Part shown: in pieces, positions 25,822 to 37,420 of the stretch
Layout of the letters: each line of letters opens with the position of its first letter
Numbering within the stretch: position 1 is the stretch's first letter
Assembly (NCBI GenBank): GCA_043228905.1
Contig: JBHGNT010000001.1
Span: forward strand, 30,132,001 to 30,196,000
DNA: 64,000 nucleotides
Reading direction: 5' to 3'
DNA from: Azolla caroliniana
Taxonomy: Eukaryota > Plantae > Polypodiophyta
Made by a program: the position numbers and the translations under genes
The notes under the pieces: model-generated
The model's database searches: none
What the model was told of the DNA's origin: nothing
Seen by the model: the letters and a program-made list of their open reading frames with translations, nothing else

Positions 25822-26211
25822 CTGCAAAAATGTATATTATAGGTAACAATTGGCCAGAATCTAACCTGGTCCCTGCATATATGTATTGAAGTGGTACTTG
25901 GTATCATAGCAGAATCCATTCATTTACTTGCTTTCTCTTTTCAATTTCAAGTGGTATCTACCAAATCTCTTCTTCATACATGTTATGTCTGTGTTTTATT
26001 GTTAATAGTATTAATCTTGGTAATACTGCTCGAGATGTCCAACCAAAAGTAGACTATCTTCGATATTCATGACTGAACGAATCAAGCAAAATGGATTGAT
26101 TATTATTAGAGGTTTCTGGTACGTTCTATAGGAATGCTAATACTAATCATCTCCATAATGTTTACTTTTGACTATAAGATAGATTAAGCAAACTAGGTTA
26201 TATTAATCAAA

Positions 26212-26394
26212 TAACCTAATCAACCATTGATTTATACAAATACAAATAACCTAATCAACCATTGATTAATATATATGATTAATATAACCTAATCAACCAT
26301 TGATTTATACAAATACAAATAACCTAATCAACCATTGATTAATATATATGATTAATATAACCTAATCAACCATTGATTTATACAAATACAATAC
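26212..26394. repeat. Higher-order tandem repeat: five copies of TAACCTAATCAACCATTGATT with two alternating spacers (73-bp period, 2.5 units)
   Basis: Seen directly as an A-B-A-B-A arrangement. Confidence 0.92.
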
Positions 26395-28489
26395 TAATTT
26401 TTCCTTGGAAGGGTTGGTTGGTCTGTTGAATGTCCCTTCCTTAAAGGGATCTTTATGTGAGTAAAGAAAGCTTTTGCCAACCATTTTGTAAAGATCTCCG
26501 CTCAACTTTATGCCACGTGATGCGCATTAGTGACCTAACGTGTTTTCCTGTGCATGGCATAGAGATGTGCTTTTCTAGATGGTGGCGTTAAAAATCCTTG
26601 TTGCGCATGAAAACGTATGTCACATACTTGTCTTGATAGATTTAATTTTGTTTTTAACACAAGTTGCCAAAGTGTAGTAGGACATGGCCATATAATATAT
26701 TAGATTGCCTACTCTAGCTTATAGCCAAAAATTTTATTAATAGGATCAAGGAAACTTTCATGTAAATAAAAGCTAGTACGTCATTGAATTTCTCATATTA
26801 AGAGGAATGTCAAAGAGTAGTTCAATCAAGTTTTCATGGGAAAACGAAGCAATAGTTGAGTTTTTTCCATACAACAAAATATATTCAAAGATTTAAGTTA
26901 TCCAGAGTGAAGACAATGCTAGAGCACAATGTGAAAGCATCATTTTTATAAATCATTTAGACAGCCCGACCAGTTTGATCTAAAAAATATTTTCTTATGC
27001 ATTTTATATAAACTAAAAAATGTGAACATGATGGTATAGCAATCAAGCTTGTACGTCCTTAAGGTTGTGGGTTTAATCATATGTTCATTATAAAAATCTT
27101 GATATTTCTAGTCTGAGGTTATTATGTACGACCCTAAAAAATATGGTTTTACAAATCACTTCCGACAACCCAAGAGCTGAAAATAATATCATGGTATTAC
27201 AATGTACTAATAGAGGTGCTACTAACATTTTCATATCTTCGAGATAATGCACCTAAGGACAAGCTTTTACAAATCACTGTCTTCAACGATGTCTTAAAAA
27301 CAAGGACATGGCCTTGCGATGGTGCTTATAAAGCTGCTAAAGTCATTATGTTTTTGAGGTTTGTGAGATCTACTCTTAAAGAATTGAAGAGAAAGTAATG
27401 TCACGGGTAAATAAGAGAAGCGACAATGGATGACCATTAGATTCAACACAACTTCAACTAACTTCCTTTTTGCTTGTCATAATTGTACACCTCAACGAGA
27501 AAGAGATGGGGTTAAGGTTAAATCTATCTTTTGCCACTCTAGTGTCTTTCGCATTACGAGGATCTAAAATAATATAAAATTAGAAATTATAACCACACAT
27601 TTATAGGTGGATTTTCTAAGCCAACAGAATTATCTTGGTTTCGAGAAAATAAACTTGTAAATAGAGGAATTTCTTAGTATTCATGACCTTAAACTAAAAA
27701 TATGAAGGATTTACATATTGAATTCACAACATATTTGGCCCAATGCCGAAGACTGGAAACATATTCATGATGCAACACTGGAAAGTGCATTGACATGTTC
27801 ATATATTTACGTTTAACAATTTAAATTGTGTAAATATGTTTTATCAAAATCAAGAGCCAAGCTTCTACTTGGTGCACTCATTGAGATGATTTAAAGCTTT
27901 ATTAGATGTTCAATAAGTAAATTTTGACCAATACATATATTGGTAACAATTTGCGGGCATACAATCGTTGAACTATATATACATCTTTTATTCCATGCTC
28001 CACAATGTGCTCTTCCAAAACTTCGTCTCATGCTTTCCCTCATTGGAGTTATAGAAATCTTACAAGAATCTGCCTTGCAAACGTTAAGCAAACCCTTTAG
28101 ATCGTCATAAATATTTGACTGCAAGTGAGATTTGGATGTCAAGAACACCCAAGCCAAATGTTAGGATGAGAAACCGACGTGATACAAATTTCTCGAGCAC
28201 GATTAAGGAAACAAAGGTTGTGATTGGGCAACGATGACGCCATCATAATGCAAATGTTCTAACAACATGTTTGAATCAGGCATGAGAAATCAACTCACTA
28301 AATGAAATTTGGTCACATGACCATAACATTGTACATTAACACCATCAAACAAAACAAAAATGCAAGATCATATTAAATACTATATTATTTATACATATTT
28401 TTTCCATATGGTCATTGACTCACAAAGCTTTCAAAACTTACGGTAATTTTAAGTTAAAACTTTATTATGTATTCATTCATGCACTCTGA

Positions 28490-29349
28490 ATGCTGAAGGC
28501 TTCAACGCTCAAACCACCCAAGAGCTGACTGCTTCAAAGGTTTGGCACACGTATCATGTTCCTCACACAATTATCACCAAGTTTTGGCAAAAAATCTGGA
28601 AACAACATCACGTGAGGCGAATTACCACGTTCCAATGGCTATTAATACATAAGGCACAATCTTAGCATGGGAGGCGAATTAATACTACCGGTTGGAGCGT
28701 GACAACATGGGAATCTTAGCTCTCCTAATAGTGTAGCATGCCCAAATGCAACAAAATCAATATGACACACTTTGTGGGAATGCCCAGAGACCCATCGAAT
28801 ATGGTGGGAGGTTGGCCGCCGATTGTAATTATGCCAAGTGCAAGGCACAATCTAGTGGGGAAATGTGTGTTGTTTATCATGGTAAGTCCCAGTTGACAGG
28901 TACAAGCATCAAGATGAGGGGATGACTCTGGTGATAAAAGCACAAGAGGTTTTTTTTCCCACCATCAACAATATCCACTCAACTCCTATTACTGTCAAAT
29001 CTCAAGTTGTGTTGGAATTCGTTAGCCCAATAACTCTTTGGACTCTATGGAAACAACGGTGTAGACCTGTCTTGTCCAACCAACTAGCGCATCCAATGAT
29101 GTTAATTCAAGAGATATGGAGTGAAGTCATAGCCGCTCTAAAGAGCCAATACGATGGCCTCAAGGGTGGCTCTCATAGAGTTGAAAGGCAACGACTAGCC
29201 TTCATCCAACAATGGTCATCCTCTCCCTTTCTTAAGTCAGTGGGCATCCACATAAGATGGAACTATCGCGTCCCTAGAGGGATTTGTATATAACACTCTC
29301 ATTTGTAAAATTTTATAACTAATGGAAGGAGTTTTTCTTTGAAAAAAAA
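28490..29349 (+). mobile_element. 5'-truncated L1-type LINE 3' end (zf-RVT and C-terminal region) with A-tail
   Basis: KFWQKIWKQ..RRITTFQWLLIHK, LPVG, HTLWECP, ITLWTLWKQRC, ending in ctttgaaaaaaaa. Confidence 0.8.
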
Positions 29350-29399
29350 GGCCTCAAAATACATTACATATCTTTGCTCGTGAGTTTTATTTTGAGAAG

Positions 29400-30110
29400 T
29401 TTCATCATATCTAACAACCTATGACATATCCAGAAATCCCTCGTTTAGTGAACAAACCAAATTTCTTCCTTCCAAACTATACATGGGTTTTCTTAGTGTG
29501 CCATGAGTTAGGATGTGAGGTCTTAAACTATGCATGAACTTTTGCATCAGAAGTTGGGATATGAACTCACAAACATATAAAACATGCGTTTTTCTTATGG
29601 ACACCTCTCTCTCACCTCGTTTCCTTCTTCTATTCCACGGTTCAGAATTAAAAATCTGGTCATTTGGCGTACTATTACATCATTGGCTCTTTGGATAATA
29701 TGGAAAGCGAGATGTGATTTTGTTTTTAACAATGTCCACATACAGCTCAACACTATGCTTATTGAATTTTGGATGTTGTTTGTTCACACACGACATGGTC
29801 AATATGATTATCTCCAGGGTTCAGATGATGTTTTGTCGCAACGGCAATTGGCCTTTAAGAACCAATGGCAAGGACTTCAATTATTTTCAGATACAAATGT
29901 TGGTTCGAAGTGGAATTATGTCATACCTTCTTTTATGTTGGATAATGGATAATGGTATTCTACTTGTTCATATATGACATCATCTATTTAATCAGATGTA
30001 CTAGCATTTGTATCTTACAATAAGAAGTGAGATGAAATGGCTCCTTCTGTTTTTTCTATGTAGACTTTTCAAGTAATATACTAAGGTGCATCTTCCTTTA
30101 AAAAAAAACA
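29400..30110 (+). mobile_element. Second 5'-truncated L1-type LINE 3' end with A-tail
   Basis: IWRTITSLALWIIWKARCDFVFN...GQYD...RQLAF..QW is homologous to the preceding element's C-terminus. Ends in cctttaaaaaaaaa. Confidence 0.8.
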
Positions 30111-32029
30111 AATAAAACATGCACATGTTTTTTGAGTTCACTTAATAAATCTTTGACGACTCATTCACTACTGGGAAAAATTAGCATATCTCATGCCTTC
30201 CTCGTAATGTTTTATAACCTTAACTATTTTATCTTTATGATGATGAAGAGAGTATTTAGTTAGAGTGAATGTGCCACTTGAGGATCATTTGATCATTGTG
30301 AGGAAGGTAATGGAACTGCAAACAATCAAATTCTATAATAAGTTGGTGACGATGAAAGAAAAAAATAACATTGGAAAATGAGATTAAGTTTTTTCAGATA
30401 AAAACAATACAATATTTGCAACTTATATTGGAATTGGTATACTAAGAACCATTTGTAGTATGATATAAACTAAGTAACGTAAGATCGTGTACATATGAGT
30501 GTTATCAATCTCTTTGATGCCTTCTTGGGTAGAGCATTATGAGAGCATTAGGTGTATCAAATTATAAAATATGTGGTCAAAAATAAAATGTATCTTTGTT
30601 TTAATGTATTGTACATGCAAGTTGGGACTATAGTCTATTTGTTTGTCGTCCCTCTCTACAAAATTTCTTTTTTATATACATTTGCTATTACTAGGACTTG
30701 ACATGATAGAAAGGGGTTTGATACAATGAGACAATGTTTGACATGATGAAAAAGTGGTTAAAACATTCTACTAATCATAAACAATTCCATGTAGAAAAGA
30801 AAGATTAAACAATACCTTCTTCCAACAATGATATGGGCACAATGGCCAACAACAAAAGGATGACAAAGCAAACCTCGTTTGATGCATTTTATTTTATTTT
30901 AATGGGCGTGTATGGTAGGGACTTGTATAGGGTTATGTGACGATCTACGTTGGTGAAAAGATGGAAGTGATATTCTTTTACTATTTGTACTAAGAAAGTT
31001 AGGTCATATGGATTTACTTGTTTTCCTCTTTAAAGAAATATTTTCCTAGTAGGAACAGTCATCATCTATGTGATAGTAAAGAGGAATGGTGGTTGTGGTG
31101 GTAGTATTAGTATTAGTGGTAGAAGTAGTAGTAGTTACTTAAAGGCTCTACTTTTTGCATGTAACTTAATTTTGGAAATATGTTGTGCTCTTCATCATAT
31201 TGGAAAGGTTTGAGAATTGGTTGACAGTATACAAAGAGTGGATTCGTTTGATCAAGTGTTATCTTTTATGAAGGGATGCAAAAGAAAATGTATTTTAGAG
31301 GGGGGAAAACAAAAAAACTCAATGGAGAACATCTATGTAAAGGTGAATGATCAAGGATCAAGGATAGTGTAGGGCTCAAGTAAGTTTGAATGTGTGTATG
31401 AACGTATATTCAATTAAACTAAACACTTATTCTACTAAGAAATTTCGTTTACACATTCAAAGGGACATGAATGCGTACAATATACTTGTGTATTTTGTTA
31501 GGGATATGATTGCTTCTCAAAAGATTAGCTTAGTGAGCTCTAATAGATAAAGTAACAATACCATGTTATCTATTGAGTACATGGTTGTGGATTCTGAGAA
31601 TACCAAATAGCATATTAACAACTGACATAAACATCCCATGTTATGTATGGAGATCAAATATACGCTTTCTACTAAGTTTTGAAGTGTATCGTTGAGAACT
31701 GTGAAGCAATATCAGTCTTGAAACTAAGAAGGGTGGGTGTGGCATCATTTTTTTAGGGTTTGAAATATTTGCCAAATTATATATATGATTACTAACCATT
31801 CAAAGAGATGTGTGTGTCATTGAGGTTTCTGAAACTTGAGGTGAGAACGATGTTACGTAGCATCTATGCCCAATGTTACAATAAGTCGCTTATAAAAACG
31901 ACATGATATCAAATGAATTCATGGACAAACGCTTCTAACTACAAATGTGGCCATTTGGAATGCAATCATGATAAAATGGACTTGTTTTTACATGTTGGAG
32001 ATTGTTTTTTCCTTTACATGTGGTCTCCT

Positions 32030-32200
32030 AGCTTGTCGTAGCAAAGGCTTGTGGAAATGTAGAAGCTATCGACAAGGGAAAACCAGATATGGCTCTTGTG
32101 GATAATGATATAATGGTATTGGGCAATGCTTCGATGGACATGTATGACAAATGTGGTAGGTTTGGAACAGCCAAGAAAGTGATGGGCAGCATGGACAGGG
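32030..32200 (+). pseudogene. PLS-PPR gene fragment
   Basis: KACGNVEAIDKGK... and LVDNDIMVLGNASMDMYDKCGRFGTAKKVM, with indels. Confidence 0.75.
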
Positions 32201-32229
32201 CCACAAAGCACTCGATTCATTTGAACAAA

Positions 32230-32602
32230 TACAAAGCATGGGCATTTCTCTAATTTGGATAAAAGACAAATATGATAGTATTGCTACATATATGGATTCT
32301 ACATTGTTATTACAAATTTCTTTTCAGAAGCTTCGAAATTGTATTCTAGTTTTTCGATGAGTAGATTATAAGATGATCTAGCAGTTTCCCCCCCTTTGTT
32401 GGTTGTTCTCCATTGTAAGTTGGGATGTATATAGATCCATCTCCTTAGCCTCTTTAGGGAAAGATCTATGGTTGCCCATTGAATTTTACAAGAGGGGTTT
32501 AGGAAGTATCTTGGTTTTCTTTCCACATACTTTGTATGTTGTAGCAAACTTGGTTTTCTTATCTAATGGAAGGATATTCTTTTTTGGAAAGGAAAAAAAA
32601 AT
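32230..32602 (+). mobile_element. Probable decayed LINE 3' end with A-tail
   Basis: Terminal ctaatggaagga...ttt...aaaaaaaa matches the 3' terminus of the LINE at 29319-29349. Confidence 0.5.
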
Positions 32603-32656
32603 TCATGGACAAACAATCTAACATGAACTCTAGTTTTTTATGCTTTATGTCATAGT

Positions 32657-32658
<2 letters not shown>

Positions 32659-32733
<75 letters not shown>
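32659..32733. repeat. Compound (TG)n(AG)n microsatellite
   Basis: Seen directly. A similar compound repeat lies at 40903-40946. Confidence 0.95.
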
Positions 32734-32738
<5 letters not shown>

Positions 32739-33195
32739 CGTTATGAGGCTGAAATGTGACATTTTCATGTAGTGCATGTGGAGTTGATAAGTAAATTTAT
32801 AAAAGTTTAAAACGAGCATAGAATATAAGGAAATGAATTATCACAGTGTGCTACAAAGTCATATACAATATTTTTCCTAGGTTTTCGAAGAAATCATGGG
32901 ATGATGAGATGGCTATTGATAGACAACGGGGATTTAACGTTGAGGTGAGACCAAGTATCACATAAAAACATTTTTTGCTATCAAAATGCATGGCAATGCA
33001 GATTTTCACAGTACATTGTTTTCTAAATAGGACAATATCTCGTATGCATGTAAAATTTCAACACAAATCTAAGTTTACGTATAACATTTTATCGTTGTAG
33101 ATAACAAGTGAAATTTTAGGATGTCACTCGTTCATAATCATTTCTCAATAAAAGAATACACTAGACATCTAGTTTGCACAATCAACTACACTTGT

Positions 33196-33229
33196 GGGGG
33201 GTGCGGGGGGGGGGGGGGGGGGGGTGGGG
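33196..33229 (+). repeat. Poly-G tract (G-quadruplex-capable)
   Basis: ggggggtgc(g)20tgggg. C-runs also occur near 15311, 43098 and 52444. Confidence 0.85.
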
Positions 33230-34059
33230 TGTTAGACGGACATTGAGCACTGAGACAACCATGTGTTTGTAGGTGGGGATGTACAAAGGTAGTAGTAGAA
33301 AAATGTTCTTGGGATGCTATTCTTTCATAATGGATTTGCCAATAAGAACATGGTGAATATCTTGCACTTTCGAAGGGCCGTGACAAGACCCAAAGGATTT
33401 ACGAGCCAATTGGGAGTAGAAGTGGTCTAGAGTCTAGACTAGACCCAACATGACTATATTTTGATAACGTGGTGGGTATAGATATAGAGGTTCATAAATA
33501 TAGCAAAAGGCGTACGATTGAGTAGTGAGCCTCTCCATTGGGACCTTAACAATCAAATGATTCAATTATGTTTTTCTTTCCTAGCTATCTCAACCCATTT
33601 GTCATCACCCTTTTGGGGAGGGTTTTTTCATATGTATATCTATTTGTCGTTGCTTTGTGATGTTACGATGTATCATGTGCATGCATCTAGATATTACAAA
33701 TAAAAAGTTTCTTTTTATAAGGAGAGGGAATAAAATGTTTGTTTTGCTTTTTATTGGAGAAAGATAAGAATTAGAATATACAGAATTGATGTGATGAATA
33801 AAAAGTTAGTGGCGTTGTGTGTGTGTGTGTGTGTGTGTGTGATGAGTGTGCATCATGATGGATGGCATGACCAAAAATGCGCACATCAATGGATGGGCAA
33901 GCAAAATGGAGAGAATCATGGGATGGGATATGACATTCATTCACATGTTTCCTTCACTTTTCTCTAAAGAAGACGAAGAAAACCAAAACAATTGTCCCTT
34001 GTAAAGCTAGTCCGATTGAATCGGATTCCTAGTCCTTAGGCATCAAGAAAACAACAAAG

Positions 34060-34188
34060 ACATATGTAGCAATTGTTTTGATCAGCATGTATGTTAAATG
34101 TGGTGCTCCTTTGAAAGCACAAAAACTGCTCGGAAAGTTGTCAAGTTGAAATGTTATATTGTGGAATGGAGTGATAACTACAGGTGCA
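34060..34188 (+). pseudogene. PLS-PPR gene fragment
   Basis: VLISMYVKCGAPLKAQKLLGKLSS*NVILWNGVIT, with an in-frame TGA (probably from CGA). Confidence 0.75.
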
Positions 34189-36575
34189 CAACGATTCCGA
34201 TGTCCAAAGTATTATTTCAGCCATTTCTCATCGGCATGGAGGTTGCAAATATCCATGAATCAAAAATGTTTTTAGGTCCCTTTCTCCTCATGAATGGATG
34301 GATGAATTTATGGTTAGCATTAGCTTTGTTTTGGTGGGGTTATTCTTCTCACCGAAACAGCCATCAACTTTTGTATTGCTTATGATTTTATAATACCAAG
34401 GTGTATCTTTTGTTTTAAAAAAACAAAGACAAATACGAATATGAAGTATTATCCTAGCTTTGTGAACCATGACACCAAAGTAATACACTTGTTGAAACAT
34501 TCGATCAATATTAAACAAAAGGACCTCATTTTTGTCTTCTTCTCTTTTAAGGAAGAAAATGGCACATACCCTGACCTAAGTCTTGATTTCACCAAAAGCT
34601 TGCCGAAATAGTGAAATTGCAAGTCAGAATTTTCCATGGATCAGATGGATTCTAGCATATAATTGTTTTACATTTTATTCTAAAATCTTACAATGTACCA
34701 TAATTCCTTTTTTCTTCAAGACAAATTATCCTTCCATTAGTCATAAATAAAGGTCATAACGGTTACATCATACAAAGTATTTTTTCCCAAGCCCGTCTTG
34801 TGTAGACAATGGTTGAGGAAACAAATCTATGTACTCCAACATAGAGAAAACAATTCAACAATTACAATCTAATCCCTAGACACATTGCAATATATCATTA
34901 TCCATAGGCAACAACGAAAGTAGCTCTATTTGGAAACAAGCCCTCTCACGTCAAAGTTATGAGCCATTCAATACTTCTTCAACCTGTCATCTCGGATTTG
35001 AAGGCGATCAACTAACGTACACAATTCTTCGCTCAAATCTCTACCATTTAAAGCATGAATCAAGTTTTGGCATATGTTGTCACAAATATAAGTTCTATTG
35101 AGCTCCATTCCTCACTAGTTGGAGATATGTTGAATGTCATTCGTTTAGACTTACAAACATATGATCAAACAAACTCTCAACACTTACAAACATATTCATT
35201 GCAATACTCTTTCACACTCTATATTGGAAAATTTTAGGGTAGCCCTTTTGAAGATGGGTGAATGGAAAAAAGGAAGGTAATGAGAAATGCTTCTATGCAT
35301 TAAGATTATACTAACATAACACACAATGTCGATGTAGATTCAAGAATCAAGTTGGAAATCAAACATGATTATCTATCGCTCCCACAAACAAATTTATGGT
35401 GCTAAATTGTGTAGTGTAGTCTTCCATACATAATATACATCGACATGAGAGTCTCCTCTTTTGGGAATCCAAACATGATTTAAGAGAGTGTACATAAAGA
35501 AAAGGTCCACGCGACATCATTTCATTTTTGTTCAAGTGTTTATTTTTTAATAAAAACTCACATGCATAAAGAATGACATGGAATCAACTCAAATTTCAAT
35601 TTCAAGTTGTCCTTCCTAATATTACTATTATCATAGAAAGAAGAATCATGTACTTGTAAAATTCAGGTTAAGTTTGTTGTTGAGAATGGACACCACTTTT
35701 CAAGCTTTATTTAGGAAGTTGATAGTTTGTCCTTCAATAGTCTTTTTGTTGTCTTTGTTTCCTCCATGCATAGACAATTATTTTGACTTTTTTTGCTAAT
35801 AGACACCAAGTAATTAGTGGGTAGCTTGAAAGTTTAATTTCAAAAATATAGAAATGATCAAGTATGCAAAAGCACATTATTGTATGAGGTTTTGATTGTT
35901 TGATTGAATAAGTAGTATGAATTGAATTAGACACACGTTCTAGAGTCCTTTATGCCGAATGACATCATTTGACTTTTCAACCTTTAGATATATCAATCCC
36001 GCTTGGCCGATGGGATCCGTTTTTTGGGCAAGAAGATTTAAGATTCTATGCGAAGACTAATAAGCAAAATCAAGGAAAATAAATGTTGATTCATAACATG
36101 GTTGCATCAAGATCCCAATCACAAAATTAACATTTAGTGTTGTGACATAAAAAATCAACAACCAAGTGTTGAGGTACGTGACGACATGTTCCTAGCTAGC
36201 AAACATCTCCAATCAAGTCCTCGTAATCTCTTTGTGGGTTTACTTTACTAATCTAATCATATTATTCGTGTTCAAAATAAAATAGAATACAAAGGTAGAT
36301 TTTTTGTTGTTGCCACGAGAAACTTAATTAACATGATGTTGTATATAATCATAGAGCACTCACTCATAACCAATCCCAATAGAGTATACAGTCTTGGAAC
36401 TCTTATTGTCATCCTTAATCAGATCTAGCAAATTTTTCCACTAAAATTATAGTATATAATATCTCAAACACTACATACTCAACACCTAGAGCAAAGTTCA
36501 TCCCTTAGTAATTTCACTCTATTCAATAAATTTGCTCTCTCTAGCTCTGAGAAAACATTCAGCTTCCCTTCTTCT

Positions 36576-37420
36576 TTTTTTGAAAGAATATCTTAATATG
36601 CACCTTAATATATTACTTGAAAATTGTACATAGAGAAAACAGAAGGACACATTTCATCTCACTTCTATTGTGATGCAAAGGCTAGTATAAGCATCTGATA
36701 AAAAAGATGATGTCATATATGAAACAAGTAGAACCATAACTATCAACTATGCAACATAAAAGAAGGTATGGCATAATTCCACTTCAGATCAGTAGTTGTA
36801 TCCAAAAATAAGTGAATTCCTTGCCATCGGTGGTTCTCAAAGGCCACTTGCCGTTGCCACTGAACATCAACCGAAACCTACAGAACATCAATCACACCCT
36901 ACAGAATATTCGGCTTCCTTATTAAGTACACTCTATATTCAGCCACGTATATTCATGTTTGAAGCATTGTCAAGGATGCAATGAAATGTCTTAGAATATC
37001 TTTTCGGATTATTGATGTTATGGAGAAACAAAAGATGGAATGTGAGGAAAACTTTGATTTGATAAGAGATCTTCACAACAAAGAGCAGAAAGCCTCCCAA
37101 AATGAAAATCCAACTTTTTCCAAGCTTCATTTGTAATTTGTCTTTTACATCTCCAAGATATTTAAAGTGCATTGTCCTTTTATTGTTATGTTTTCCATGA
37201 AAATATTCATTCCCATTCTCTCCTAAAACGTAAGGTAAGGTTTCATGTGGAGAGGCTTCTAAGAAAATTCGGTTTCATCCATTGTAGGTTGAATTTTAGG
37301 TTTTATTTCCTCCATTTATCTAGTTTTGGGATTTGTTTCATATGGAATCCTTGGGTTCTTTTACATATGATAATGCCTTATCATTCTCAAATTTAATTCT
37401 CATGAATACCTCCACATCGT
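36576..37420 (-). mobile_element. L1-type LINE 3' end of the same family as 29400-30110, in inverted orientation
   Basis: Reverse complement aligns with 29700-30110 (ggcaacggcaagtggcctttgagaacc vs cgcaacggcaattggcctttaagaacc, shared 3' UTR). T-tract at 36576. Confidence 0.85.

Noticed and set aside
26212-26394. CRISPR array
   Set aside because: Spacers are only ~14-17 nt and alternate rather than being unique, there are no cas genes, and the context is plant nuclear DNA.
27030-27085. SINE family sharing taaggttgtgg with ~49980-50000
   Set aside because: The match is only ~12 nt and the A/B boxes are too degenerate to call.
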